Origin: Halieaceae bacterium UBA5044
Lineage (GTDB): Bacteria > Pseudomonadota > Gammaproteobacteria > Pseudomonadales > Halieaceae
Reading direction: 5' to 3'
Assembly: GCA_002416125.1 (NCBI GenBank)
Contig: DIBU01000008.1
Span: 79,665-143,664 of the forward strand
DNA: 64,000 bases
The notes below the pieces were generated by a model. That model saw only the letters and a list, made by a program, of their open reading frames with translations, was not told the DNA's origin and made no database searches. The translations under genes and the position numbers were made by a program. The stretch's first letter is position 1. Each line of letters starts with the position of its first letter. Below are positions 1-9,237 of the stretch, in pieces.

Positions 1-757
1 GCAGAACCTGCGTGCCGTCCCTGCCCGTCACCACGGGAATCCGCTCGAATTCGAAGCGGTCGTAGGCCTGGCCGCGGGTCTGCAGCCGGATGTCGCCACC
101 GGCGTCCTTGATCGCGCCCGCCGGCAGGTTGAGCGACGACCCCCGTATCGCCGCCACCACATCGGCGAAGGTCAGTCCGTAGCGACGCAGGGTGTACTCG
201 GACACCTCCACTGAAACCTCATAAGGTCGCGGGGTATCCAGCTCCACGACCGACACGTGCGGCTGCGCCGCGAGGTCGTCACGCAACCGCTCGCCGAGGC
301 GCTTGAGATCCCGCTCTCCGAGATTGCCCGCCAGTGACACTGCGGCCATGTAGTGTCGAAAGGCGAGTTCTGTGACGATGGGGCGCTCCGCCTCCACCGG
401 AAAGGTATTGATGGCATCCACCCGGGTCTTGATTTCCGCGGACAGGCGCTGCATGTCGTAGTCGGGTTCAGCCTCGACCAGCACGGTCCCCATGCCTTCT
501 CGCGCGGTGCAGCGTATCTCCCGAACGCCGCTGAGGTCGTGTACGGCTTCCTCCACCCGCACACAGATCTGCTCCTCCACTTCGCGTGGGCCCGCGCCCG
601 GGTAAACCAGTGAGATACTGACCCGGTTGAGTTCGATCTGCGGGAAAAACTGCTTGTCCAGCGCCGGCACACTGAGCAAACCGCCGACCACCAGAAAAAG
701 CATCAGCAGGTTGGCCGCAATGGGGTTGTGGATAAACCAGCGAACCGGACCGCCCAC
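1..757 (-). CDS. RND efflux transporter permease subunit (AcrB-type), N-terminal part; gene runs off the window start
   Basis: Absent from the ORF track because it is truncated by the window edge. Reverse-strand translation from GTG at 757 reads MGGPVRWFIHNPIAANLLMLFLVVGGLLSVPALDKQFFPQIELNRVSISLVYPGAGPREVEEQ..., a typical AcrB-family N-terminus. It begins 2 nt after the stop of the adaptor gene. Confidence 0.85.
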   Translation of the reverse strand, partial: MGGPVRWFIHNPIAANLLMLFLVVGGLLSVPALDKQFFPQIELNRVSISLVYPGAGPREVEEQICVRVEEAVHDLSGVREIRCTAREGMGTVLVEAEPDYDMQRLSAEIKTRVDAINTFPVEAERPIVTELAFRHYMAAVSLAGNLGERDLKRLGERLRDDLAAQPHVSVVELDTPRPYEVSVEVSEYTLRRYGLTFADVVAAIRGSSLNLPAGAIKDAGGDIRLQTRGQAYDRFEFERIPVVTGRDGTQVL

Positions 758-759
758 GA

Positions 760-1953
760 TCAGTTTCCCGCACCGGCGATGCGCGCCACTTCATTGACCT
801 CGACACGCATACCCGCGACGGTTGCCGCGGGCTCTCGCACAACCACCCGGTCGCCGCGCTCGAGCCCCTGCACCCAGACCTGCCCGCCCTCGCTTTGCAG
901 CACGGACACCGCTCTCGGCGCCAGCTGTTGCCCCGCATCCACCAGCATCACCGTGTCATCACTGCGCAGTGCCGACCGCGGCAGGCCGACCACAGACGGC
1001 AGGCTGCGCCCTTCTATCGTTGCGTGGACAAACAGTCCGGGCACCAGGGGCGGGCGCTCACCCGAGGGCCCCGGGGCAAATGCTTCGGTGACTTCGGCCA
1101 CCGCATAGACCACTCGCGTGTTCTCATCCACGCTGGCGTCGGTGCGCACAATGCGGCCCTGCCACGTCCAATCCCGTCCGCCGAAGGTCGCACGCAGGCT
1201 CACCGCCGGCATCTCCGAGCTGGCGTCACCGGCACGGTAGTGCAACGGCAGATCGATAAGCGCGACCTGACGGTCGGTCAGGGGCAGGCGCACTTCCATG
1301 GAACGGGTGGCATAAACGCGTGCAATGCGAGCACCGGGTGTGACGTACTGCCCCGCGTCGACAAACTTTTCACTGATGCGCCCGTCGAAGGGCGCTGTAA
1401 TCTGCGTGCGCTCGAGGTCCAGCAGCGCCGCCGCCAGCTCCGCCTCCGCCGCGCGCAATGCGGCCTGCGCCGAGGCGAGCTGCGGCTCGCGCAGGAACAG
1501 CGCATTGGCCTGGGAATTGCCCAGATCCCGCCACTCCCGCTGCGCCTGCAATGCCCGACCTTCCTCTTCGGCGACGCGCTGTCGCGCAGCGGCCACCTGG
1601 GACTCCATGCGAGCGATCATGAGCTCGTAATCAACATCCTCGATGGCCACCAGCAGGCTGCCCTCACGAAAAAAGCTGCCCGCCGCAAAGTCCTGCGCCA
1701 CGCGCTCCACCTGACCGGCCACTCTGCTGACCAGGTCGATTTCCCGCTGCGGCTGGACCGTACCCTGCGTGGTCACCGACAGCGCGGCCGGTGCCGGATC
1801 AACGGTAACGACATCGACCATCGGCACTGCCCGGGGCGGCAGATCCTGTGGCTCCGGCGCCGGCTTCCCGGTAAGCAGTAGCCAGGACAGCGCCAGGCCG
1901 CCGGCGAGCACACCGCCCGGAGCGAGCATTGAGCGAGTTTTTTTCCAATCCAT
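760..1953 (-). CDS. RND efflux periplasmic adaptor (membrane fusion protein, HlyD/AcrA family)
   Basis: 397-aa ORF with an N-terminal TM/signal segment, a coiled-coil hairpin region (AAARQRVAEEEGRALQAQREW...LRAAEAELAAALLDLERT) and beta-barrel motifs. It sits directly upstream of the RND permease. Confidence 0.85.
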   Translation of the reverse strand: MDWKKTRSMLAPGGVLAGGLALSWLLLTGKPAPEPQDLPPRAVPMVDVVTVDPAPAALSVTTQGTVQPQREIDLVSRVAGQVERVAQDFAAGSFFREGSLLVAIEDVDYELMIARMESQVAAARQRVAEEEGRALQAQREWRDLGNSQANALFLREPQLASAQAALRAAEAELAAALLDLERTQITAPFDGRISEKFVDAGQYVTPGARIARVYATRSMEVRLPLTDRQVALIDLPLHYRAGDASSEMPAVSLRATFGGRDWTWQGRIVRTDASVDENTRVVYAVAEVTEAFAPGPSGERPPLVPGLFVHATIEGRSLPSVVGLPRSALRSDDTVMLVDAGQQLAPRAVSVLQSEGGQVWVQGLERGDRVVVREPAATVAGMRVEVNEVARIAGAGN

Positions 1954-2177
1954 GAATCACCTGAGGGCTGGCTGGGCGACTGTGGGGCCACCGAAAAGAA
2001 GACGTTCTCTGGACACTACAATGGTACTCCTGTTCCGCGATTTACGCAGAAGATCAGCCCGCGGATGCGGAAAATGGGAATTTGCCACTTCTAGTAGGAT
2101 CATTCTAATTTTGTTCGGTACCTTCCGTTCTGTCCGGTGCGGGCAGCAAGCGCACCCCAAACGTGAGGAGTAGAGAC

Positions 2178-2750
2178 ATGGCTGACGAAACCACCAACAC
2201 CACGACCAACACGGCGGCAGACACGCAGGCTGCAGCGCCCAAGCGCACGACTGCCAAGCGCAAGGCTGCCCCCAGGAAGGCTGCCACGGCCGGCAAAACC
2301 ACCACTAAGCGCCGCGCAACGAGCAAGAGCACTGTCGCCAAGGCCGAAGCCAAGGTGCGCACTTACAAGCGTCGCGCCACCAAAGCCACCAAGGAAACGG
2401 AAAAAACGGCCGCACGCCTCGGCGAGCGCGCCCGCACGGTGAGCCGCAACGCCTTCCTCGCCAGCCTCGGCTTCTACGGCAAGGCGTTTGACGAAGTGCA
2501 GGAACGCCTCGACAAGCTGCAGGCCCGCCTGGATGCGCGCGGCAAAGCCGCTGAAGTCGCTTACGCCGAGCTGGTCAAGCGCGGCACGAAGGTCGAAAAA
2601 GACGCCAAAGACATGCTGGGTGATATCGAACTGCCCAAGCTGGAGCTCGATGCCCTGAAGGATCGCAAGAAGCTGGAAGCACGTATCGAGAAGGCCCGCA
2701 GCCGCTTCGCAGAACTGCGCGGTTCAGTAGGCTTCCGCACAGCGGCCTGA
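2178..2750 (+). CDS. phasin-family (PHA granule-associated, PhaF/PhaI-like) protein with an N-terminal Lys/Ala/Thr-rich histone-H1-like tail
   Basis: ORF 2163..2750 trimmed to ATG 2178, which has a GAGGAG Shine-Dalgarno 7 nt upstream. Core motif AFLASLGFYGKAFDEVQERLDKLQ followed by coiled coil. The N-terminus is a basic AKRKAAPRKAATAGK-type low-complexity tract. Confidence 0.7.
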   Translation: MADETTNTTTNTAADTQAAAPKRTTAKRKAAPRKAATAGKTTTKRRATSKSTVAKAEAKVRTYKRRATKATKETEKTAARLGERARTVSRNAFLASLGFYGKAFDEVQERLDKLQARLDARGKAAEVAYAELVKRGTKVEKDAKDMLGDIELPKLELDALKDRKKLEARIEKARSRFAELRGSVGFRTAA

Positions 2751-2788
2751 AGATTGTTCCCTACTCCCTGCCTGACAGGGAGCTTTTC

Positions 2789-2813
2789 GGGCCACACTGT
2801 GGCCCTTTTTTTT
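2789..2813 (+). terminator. intrinsic terminator after the phasin gene
   Basis: GGGCCACA-CTG-TGGCCC hairpin followed directly by a run of 8 T. Confidence 0.75.
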
Positions 2814-2826
2814 GCCCGATAATCAG

Positions 2827-2863
2827 GCCGGAGGGCTGCGGTGCTGCAGGGCGGCCCTCCGGC
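2827..2863 (-). terminator. stem-loop downstream of the TonB-dependent receptor gene (possible terminator, no U tract)
   Basis: 10-bp perfect inverted repeat GCCGGAGGGC ... GCCCTCCGGC, 9 nt past the receptor stop codon. Confidence 0.4.
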
Positions 2864-2871
2864 GTGACAGG

Positions 2872-5187
2872 TTACCAGTTGTAGGTTGCTGAAAACATGT
2901 AGGTCCTCGGGTCCTGCCAGGCGCCGTTCAGGAACATGCTGAAATCGATACCCTGGATCTGCTTGTCCTCGTCCGTCAGGTTGCGCACGAAGAACGAGAA
3001 GTCCATGGTACCGTCACCCACCGGCACGTCAGCCAGTTGCAGCCGGGCGTTCAGGTTCTGGGTGTCCGGCACTTCATCAATGCCCTGCACATAGCTGCCA
3101 CCCGCATTCGGCGCGGTCAGGCTCTTGTTGACCGCGTACAGATACACCTTGTCGGTGTAGGTGTAATCCAGCAGGAAGCGCAGTTCACCGAAACCAAACT
3201 GTGCCAGGGTGCCCTCCAGCTGCAGGGCCGCGGTATTTTCAGGCGCGTAAGGTGCCAGACGGTTCGAGGCGGTGTCGATAATCGGGCGACCGGGGGCGAA
3301 AGAGTTATCCAGATACTTGTCAAACCCCGCATCCAGGTACCCGTAGTTTCCGGAAATCCGCCAGTTGTCCGTGATCTGGTAGGCCATTTCCAGTTCGAAC
3401 CCCTGATATGTGGCCTCCCCCGCGTTGGTGAGCAGCGACTGGGTCGTGCCCGGCAACAGCTGGGTAATGTGCAGGTCATCAATCGCGTTGTGGAACAGGG
3501 CGACGTTCAAACGCAGCGCGCCGTCCAGCCAGAGTGACTTCATGCCCACTTCCGTGGACAGCGAGGTCTGGGGTTCGAAAGGTGTGCTCACCGCCGGGTC
3601 GGCCACTTCGGAGCTGAAACCGCCGCTCTTGAAGCCATTGGCCACGCGCAGATAGAAATTCAGGTCGGGCGAGAGCTCGTAGGACAGGGCCGCCATGGGC
3701 GACGTGTCATCGAAGGTTTCGCTGTAGCTGATGAACGGCAACAGTCCCGGGCCCACGTCGGTGATGAACGAGCCGCCAAAACCGTCCGTCGTGTAACGGT
3801 GGGAGAAACCGGAGCGCTTCTCCTCCGTGTAGCGTGCACCCACCGTTGCGGTCCAGCGGTCGGCAAAGCGCCAGTCCATTTGCCCGAACAGGGCCCAGGC
3901 CTCGGTATCAGCCCCGTAGTTGACCTGCTGCGGTACGTTGCCGAACAGCGTGAACAGCTGGCTCCCCAGCGTTTCCCCCTCATCCTCGAAATAGTAGGCG
4001 CCCAACACCCAGTTGAAGTTGTCGCGATCGGCAATCCACTGGAATTCGTGGGAAATCTGCTCGTAGTCGGTCAGGCGATTGAAGTTCGCAGACATGCCCC
4101 AGGACAGCGCACCGGGGATGACCACAATGGAATCCAGCGGCATGCCGTCGATATCCTGGCTGTCGTTGTAGTCCATAGTCCGCAGCGCGCCGATGTACTT
4201 CAACTGGTCCCTGGAGGTCAGGTCGTATTCCAGCGTGAGCGCGTGTGCTCGCGTGCGGCTGCGCTCGAACAAACCCGGCTGCCCGGGAACGGTATTGGTG
4301 GAGACGGTGTCCGGGCGACCGGACACGACAAAGGGCGCCGCCGCACTTTCAATGGCGCTGCCCAGGAAGGGACCAAACACACTGGGGAAGGTGCCGGCCC
4401 AGCCCTCCAGCGACACCAGCGACGAGGGTGCTGGCGTCTGGTCGGTGTAGGAGTAATCAAAGTCGTAGATGGCCACCAGCTGCTCGCTGGGCTCCAGCAT
4501 GATCGACGCGCGGAAGGCCTCGTTATCCACAGAGCCGAGATCGGGCCCGGTGAGGTTGTCTGCCCAGCCGTCGGCGCGCTCCTTGCGCATCCCCACGCTG
4601 GCAGAGGCGATTCCCATCTGCGGCAGATCCACCTGCAGGCGACCGACGCGCCGGTCGTAGTTACCCACCTCGGCCAGGGCCGAGCCACTGAATTCGCCGG
4701 TGGGGCGCCGCGTTACGAAGTTGATCGCACCGCCCTCGGTGTTGCGGCCGAACAGTGTGCCCTGGGGGCCGCGCAGTACCTCAACGCGCTCGATGTCTAC
4801 CACATCGAATACGGAGCCCTGGGATTTGCCGAGGTAGATACCGTTCAGGTAAAGCCCGACGGGGGCATCAATCCAGATCGCCGGTTGCCCGGTCACACTG
4901 CCGCGAATGGATACCACCGAAACCAGGCGCGCTCCGGGGTTCTGGCGGAACATCACGTTGGGCGCGACCGCGTTGAGGTCAGCCAGACTCTCCATACCGC
5001 GCATTTCGAGTTCCGCTGAGGACAACGCGGAAATCGCCAGGGGGACCGACTGCAGGTTTTCCTCGCGCTTCTGGGCGGTAACAATCACTTCTTCGAGGGC
5101 CGCGCGCTCTGCTGCGTAGAGCCCCGCCGAGGCGGTCGTGCCAAGGGCCAGACACAGCGCGCTGACCAGATACTTTTGCTGTTTCAT
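2872..5187 (-). CDS. TonB-dependent outer-membrane receptor
   Basis: ORF 2872..5220 trimmed to ATG 5187, giving signal peptide MKQQKYLVSALCLALGTTASAGLYA. Plug motifs EEVIVTAQKREENLQSVPLAISA and ERVEVLRGPQGTLFGRNTEGGAINFV. Ends in an aromatic residue (..ATYNW). Confidence 0.9.
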   Translation of the reverse strand: MKQQKYLVSALCLALGTTASAGLYAAERAALEEVIVTAQKREENLQSVPLAISALSSAELEMRGMESLADLNAVAPNVMFRQNPGARLVSVVSIRGSVTGQPAIWIDAPVGLYLNGIYLGKSQGSVFDVVDIERVEVLRGPQGTLFGRNTEGGAINFVTRRPTGEFSGSALAEVGNYDRRVGRLQVDLPQMGIASASVGMRKERADGWADNLTGPDLGSVDNEAFRASIMLEPSEQLVAIYDFDYSYTDQTPAPSSLVSLEGWAGTFPSVFGPFLGSAIESAAAPFVVSGRPDTVSTNTVPGQPGLFERSRTRAHALTLEYDLTSRDQLKYIGALRTMDYNDSQDIDGMPLDSIVVIPGALSWGMSANFNRLTDYEQISHEFQWIADRDNFNWVLGAYYFEDEGETLGSQLFTLFGNVPQQVNYGADTEAWALFGQMDWRFADRWTATVGARYTEEKRSGFSHRYTTDGFGGSFITDVGPGLLPFISYSETFDDTSPMAALSYELSPDLNFYLRVANGFKSGGFSSEVADPAVSTPFEPQTSLSTEVGMKSLWLDGALRLNVALFHNAIDDLHITQLLPGTTQSLLTNAGEATYQGFELEMAYQITDNWRISGNYGYLDAGFDKYLDNSFAPGRPIIDTASNRLAPYAPENTAALQLEGTLAQFGFGELRFLLDYTYTDKVYLYAVNKSLTAPNAGGSYVQGIDEVPDTQNLNARLQLADVPVGDGTMDFSFFVRNLTDEDKQIQGIDFSMFLNGAWQDPRTYMFSATYNW

Positions 5188-5455
5188 GCACCAATTCCTC
5201 TTTATAGTTATAGTCGCCAAGGTGTCGCTGACGCCAACCGTGGCCGGGCTGACGGAAATACACTACCCCGGTAAAAAAATAATATCCATGCATTTTTGCA
5301 CAGATTCCCGGGCGCGGCGCAGCTGTCTGTACCGCGGCCCGCCCGTTCATTCCACCGCCCCCGGCCAGCGGCATCCATGTACCGCCCCACCGCTGGCACA
5401 CGGCGCCCGCTTTCTGCTTAAATGAGCGCCCCGATGGCCCAATGCGCCCTGCGCA

Positions 5456-5941
5456 ATGGAGGACGATGTGAGCGATGACAAGAGCGATAAGAACAAGGTC
5501 ACCGACAAGGCGGGGGAAATAGCCCGCAACATCTGGCTCGCCGGCGTGGGTGCCTACGGGCGCGCCGTGGACGAGGCCCAGGACCGCATGGAGAAGGCCG
5601 GCGTGGAAACACCCAAGCTGTTCCGTGACCTGGTAAAGGCCGGCGCCGCGCTGGAAGACGAGGCGCGCAAGGGCCTGCGCAGCGGCCGCAGTGCACGCAA
5701 TTCCGTTGAGGAACGCATTCACCGCGTGCGTGAGAGCTTTCAGATGCAGCTGCCTGCCCGCGGCGAGGACCTGCTCGCGCTGCACGAGAAAATCGACCGC
5801 CTGACCCGCAAGGTGGATGATCTCAGCGCCGCACTGGCCGCCCAGGGCAAACCCGCGAGAAAACCCGCCGCGCGCAAGAAAGCCGCCACGCGCCGAGCCG
5901 CCGTGAAGGGCAAGCCCGCCACCGGCCGCAAGCCCGCCTGA
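5456..5941 (+). CDS. phasin-family (PhaF-like) protein with a C-terminal Lys/Ala/Pro-rich histone-like tail
   Basis: Motif NIWLAGVGAYGRAVDEAQDRMEKAG is the granule-associated protein signature. The C-terminus is AAQGKPARKPAARKKAATRRAAVKGKPATGRKPA. Confidence 0.7.
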   Translation: MEDDVSDDKSDKNKVTDKAGEIARNIWLAGVGAYGRAVDEAQDRMEKAGVETPKLFRDLVKAGAALEDEARKGLRSGRSARNSVEERIHRVRESFQMQLPARGEDLLALHEKIDRLTRKVDDLSAALAAQGKPARKPAARKKAATRRAAVKGKPATGRKPA

Positions 5942-5963
5942 CGCTGTAGCCGACGGCGGCGAG

Positions 5964-6638
5964 GTGAAGACGCGGGACCGCATACTGGTGACCAGTCTGG
6001 CCCTGTTCAACGAGGAGGGCGAGGCGCACACCACCACCATTGATATCGCCAACGAGTTGGATATCAGCCCCGGCAACCTGTATTACCACTTCAAGGGCAA
6101 GGACGAAATCATCGGCGAGCTGTTCCAGCAATACGAGCTGGCTCTCAGCGACACCCTCGCAGCGCCGCTTGAAGGGCCGCTGGGCACGGACCCCAGCCAG
6201 GTGGAGGACAACTGGTTCTACCTGTACGTGGTGCTGGAGGAAATGTGGCAGTATCGCTTCCTCTACCACAACCTGGACGACCTGCAGCAGCGCTATCCGG
6301 CCATCCGCAAGGGCTTCCGCCGCCTGCTGCAACTGCAGCGTTCGGCACTGCTCGCCATCTGCCACAAGCTGCTGGAACAGGCGGTTATCGATACCGACGA
6401 CGACCAGCTACTCAGCCTGGTGGACAACATGACATTGGTGCTGACCTTCTGGCTGAGCTACGACCAACTGCTACATGCACCACGCTCACCCCATATCGTG
6501 ATCCATCAGGGTGTGCTGCAGCTGCTGACCATGGTGGCGCCGTACCTGGGTGACGCCCAGCTGACCTTTTACCGCGATTGCCAGGCCATCTTCGAAGGCA
6601 TGATTGCGTCGCCGGAAAAACCTGAGCCACAACACTAG
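5964..6638 (+). CDS. TetR/AcrR-family transcriptional regulator, PhaD-like
   Basis: GTG start. N-terminal HTH MKTRDRILVTSLALFNEEGEAHTTTIDIANELDISPGNLYYHFKGKDEI. It lies immediately downstream of a phasin gene, as phaD sits next to phaF in pseudomonads (recalled similarity, not searched). Confidence 0.8.
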   Translation: MKTRDRILVTSLALFNEEGEAHTTTIDIANELDISPGNLYYHFKGKDEIIGELFQQYELALSDTLAAPLEGPLGTDPSQVEDNWFYLYVVLEEMWQYRFLYHNLDDLQQRYPAIRKGFRRLLQLQRSALLAICHKLLEQAVIDTDDDQLLSLVDNMTLVLTFWLSYDQLLHAPRSPHIVIHQGVLQLLTMVAPYLGDAQLTFYRDCQAIFEGMIASPEKPEPQH

Positions 6639-7312
6639 CCGCGGGGGCCGACCGGTTTCCGCAGCAGAATCACATCCGTGCCCTCGAATACCGGCCGGCT
6701 GCCGCGAGTCTGCGCCCACCACTGCCAGGTGCTGCGGCTGAAGAAACACACATGGGTGGGGTCGTTCTTGTAGTGCCAGCCGGCGAACGCTTCCGCATCC
6801 GTCACCAGCTTGGTCATGATGCCCAGGACACCTCCCGGAACCAGCAACTGCCAGAGCCGGTCGAGCTCGCCAGCGGGTGCCCGCAAGTGCTCCACCACCT
6901 CGGTGGCGGTGATGAAGTCATACCCCGGGCGGAGGACCGCCTCTGCAGGGGCATAGAAGGGATCGTACAGGCTCATCCGGTGCCCTGCTTCACGCAGCAT
7001 GGCGGCCAGCGCGGGACCGGGGCCGCAGCCGAAGTCCAGCCCCTGCGAGCCCGGCGCCAGCCCCGCCAGCAGCGGTGTGGCAAGACGAGCCAGGAAGGCG
7101 CGGTAGTGCGGGTCATCCACACGGTTCTGATGCAGGTCGTACTCGGCTTTCTCGTCGTCCAGCGACAGGTGGAATTGAGGGGGCACGAAGACCAGCAAAC
7201 AGCGCTCACAGCGACCGTAGTGACGCCTGCGATCCTCATGGAAGAGGTAACCGCCGGCGCCACAGAGAGGGCAGTGCAAGTGGCCGTGCATCTGGTATGA
7301 TCCCCGCTTCAT
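6635..7312 (-). CDS. class I SAM-dependent methyltransferase with an N-terminal Cys4 zinc-finger
   Basis: CPLCG..(N17)..CERC motif, then SAM-binding motif LDFGCGPGP and the later EVVEHL and PGGVL motifs. The start could alternatively be ATG 7291. Confidence 0.8.
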   Translation of the reverse strand: MKRGSYQMHGHLHCPLCGAGGYLFHEDRRRHYGRCERCLLVFVPPQFHLSLDDEKAEYDLHQNRVDDPHYRAFLARLATPLLAGLAPGSQGLDFGCGPGPALAAMLREAGHRMSLYDPFYAPAEAVLRPGYDFITATEVVEHLRAPAGELDRLWQLLVPGGVLGIMTKLVTDAEAFAGWHYKNDPTHVCFFSRSTWQWWAQTRGSRPVFEGTDVILLRKPVGPRG

Positions 7313-7342
7313 GGCACACCCGTTCGGGACAAGGAGAGTAAC

Positions 7343-7822
7343 ATGACCATCAAGGTTGGCGACAAAATCCCCTCAGCAACCCTCAAGACCATGGGCGAGA
7401 AAGGCCCGGTCGATATCAGCACCGATGAGCTGTTTGCCGGCAAGAAAGTGCTGCTGTTCGCCGTGCCCGGTGCATTCACCCCCGGCTGCACCCTGACCCA
7501 CCTGCCAGGCTACGTGGTCAACGCCGACAAGATCAAGGCCAAGGGTGTGGACACCATCGCCTGCATGGCGGTGAACGATGCCTTCGTCATGGATGCCTGG
7601 GGCAAGTCACAGAATGCAGAAGAGTTGCTGATGCTGGGGGATGGCAACGGTGACTTCACCGCGGCACTGGGTCTGGAACTCGACGGCAGCGGCTTCGGGC
7701 TGGGCAAACGCAGCCAGCGCTTTGCCATGCTGGTAGACGACGGCAAGGTCACGCACCTGAATGTAGAGCCGGGCCCGGGCGTTGATGTCAGCTCTGCCGA
7801 GAGCATGATGGCCCTGCTGTAA
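7343..7822 (+). CDS. peroxiredoxin, Prx5/type II (glutathione-dependent) subfamily
   Basis: LFAVPGAFTPGCTLTHLPGY active-site motif. 159 aa. AAGGAG Shine-Dalgarno upstream. Confidence 0.9.
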   Translation: MTIKVGDKIPSATLKTMGEKGPVDISTDELFAGKKVLLFAVPGAFTPGCTLTHLPGYVVNADKIKAKGVDTIACMAVNDAFVMDAWGKSQNAEELLMLGDGNGDFTAALGLELDGSGFGLGKRSQRFAMLVDDGKVTHLNVEPGPGVDVSSAESMMALL

Positions 7823-7857
7823 ACGCCGGCGCCTGTGGCAGAGACACGTCGCAGGCG

Positions 7858-9237
7858 CTAGCTCACAAGCACGTAGCACAGGCTGCTGATGACCACCGCT
7901 CCGAGCAGGTTCAGCAGCAGTCCCTCACGCGCCATTTGAGCGGTCGTGATCAGGCCGCTGCCATAGACCACGGAGTTGGGCGCCGTTGCCACCGGCAGCA
8001 TGAAGGCACAGCTGGCGCTCATCGCTGCGGGCACCATGATCAACTCTGGCGGCAGATCCGCCGCCAGCGCCGCAGCCGCAAGCACCGGCATCAGCAGCGT
8101 GGTACTCGCTGTGTTGGATGTGGTTTCCGTCATGAAGGTAACCGCAAGGCAGATCAGCAACAGCAACAACCAGACAGGCATGTCGGTCAAGCCGGCTAAC
8201 GCCTCACCCATGATATCGCTGAGCCCCGAGGCCACAAAACCGCTGGCCAGGCAGATGCCGCCGGAAAACAGCAGCAACACCCCCCACGGAATCGTGCTGG
8301 CCCGCTCCCAATCCAGCAGTCGACCGCCACTGCCATTCGGCACCACAAACATCACCACAACCGCCAGCAACGCCACCGAAGCATCGTTCGCCTGGGGCAA
8401 CCCCAGCCAGGACTGCCATCCGCCGAAGGGCTCACCCCGCGTAATCCAGGCCAGAGCTGTCAGGCCAAACACCGTCAGCACCCGCTTCTCTTCGCTGCGC
8501 CAGACCCCCGTGCTCGGCACCTGCACCGCGATCGGGCCGGACAGGTTGCGGGTGAGGGTCAGAGCCATCAGCGGAATCATCAGCACCACCACGGGCACCG
8601 CCCAACTCATCCACTGGCTGAAACTGATCGACTGCCCTGTCGTCTGTTCATAGACCTGCATGAAAATGAGGTTGGGCGGCGTCCCGATGGGTGTACCGAT
8701 TCCGCCCACACTGGCAGCGTAGGCCACACCCAGCAGCAGGGGCACGGCCAGTTCGCGGCGCCGGTCGGTGGCCTCCAGCACGGCCAGCGCAACGGGCAGC
8801 AGCATGAGCGTAGTGGCGGTGTTGGAGATCCACATGCTCAGGCTGGCCGCGGCGACCATGAAACCCAGCACCAGCCGTGGGCCGCTGTCCGCCCCGACCA
8901 GCCGCACCATGCCCAGGGCAATTCGCCGGTGCGCACCGGAATGCTCCATCGCCTTGGACAGCAGAAAACCGCCCAGCAACAGCAATATCAGGGGAGATCC
9001 ATAGGCCTGGCCCACTTCGGCGGGCGTCAACACACCCAGCAGAGGCAGCAGCGCAATGGGCAGCAGGGACGTGACCGGTATCGGAACCGGCTCGAATACC
9101 CACCACAGCACACACCAGAGTGCCACCATGGATACCACCGCAATGTCCTGACTGTGGCCGGCGCCCTGCAGCAGCAGTGCCAGGCCGACGGACAGCAGTG
9201 GCGCTGCCCACAGCAGAAAACGGCGGAAGCGGGTCAT
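7858..9237 (-). CDS. SLC13/DASS-family anion:sodium symporter permease
   Basis: 459-aa polytopic membrane protein with the duplicated hairpin motifs typical of DASS carriers (SNTATTLMLLP and ETTSNTASTTLLMP). Confidence 0.85.
   Translation of the reverse strand: MTRFRRFLLWAAPLLSVGLALLLQGAGHSQDIAVVSMVALWCVLWWVFEPVPIPVTSLLPIALLPLLGVLTPAEVGQAYGSPLILLLLGGFLLSKAMEHSGAHRRIALGMVRLVGADSGPRLVLGFMVAAASLSMWISNTATTLMLLPVALAVLEATDRRRELAVPLLLGVAYAASVGGIGTPIGTPPNLIFMQVYEQTTGQSISFSQWMSWAVPVVVLMIPLMALTLTRNLSGPIAVQVPSTGVWRSEEKRVLTVFGLTALAWITRGEPFGGWQSWLGLPQANDASVALLAVVVMFVVPNGSGGRLLDWERASTIPWGVLLLFSGGICLASGFVASGLSDIMGEALAGLTDMPVWLLLLLICLAVTFMTETTSNTASTTLLMPVLAAAALAADLPPELIMVPAAMSASCAFMLPVATAPNSVVYGSGLITTAQMAREGLLLNLLGAVVISSLCYVLVS

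Noticed and set aside
5188-5455. Leader of the TonB-dependent receptor checked for cobalamin or TPP riboswitch boxes and for a Fur box (AT-rich AAAAATAATATCCATGCATTTTTGC).
   Set aside because: No B12 box or TPP pyrimidine-sensor motif is present. The AT-rich segment is not a convincing 19-bp Fur palindrome.
6635-6638. Convergent TetR and methyltransferase genes share a palindromic CTAG as stop codon on both strands. Other convergent overlaps occur at 23222..23238 and 55545..55562.
   Set aside because: This is a real but trivial consequence of compact convergent genes. No functional signal is implied.
7829-7858. Hairpin GCGCCTG-N16-CAGGCGC between the convergent peroxiredoxin and DASS genes as a bidirectional terminator.
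   Set aside because: The stem is short with a large loop, there is no U or A tract on either side, and it overlaps the DASS stop codon. It is too weak to call.
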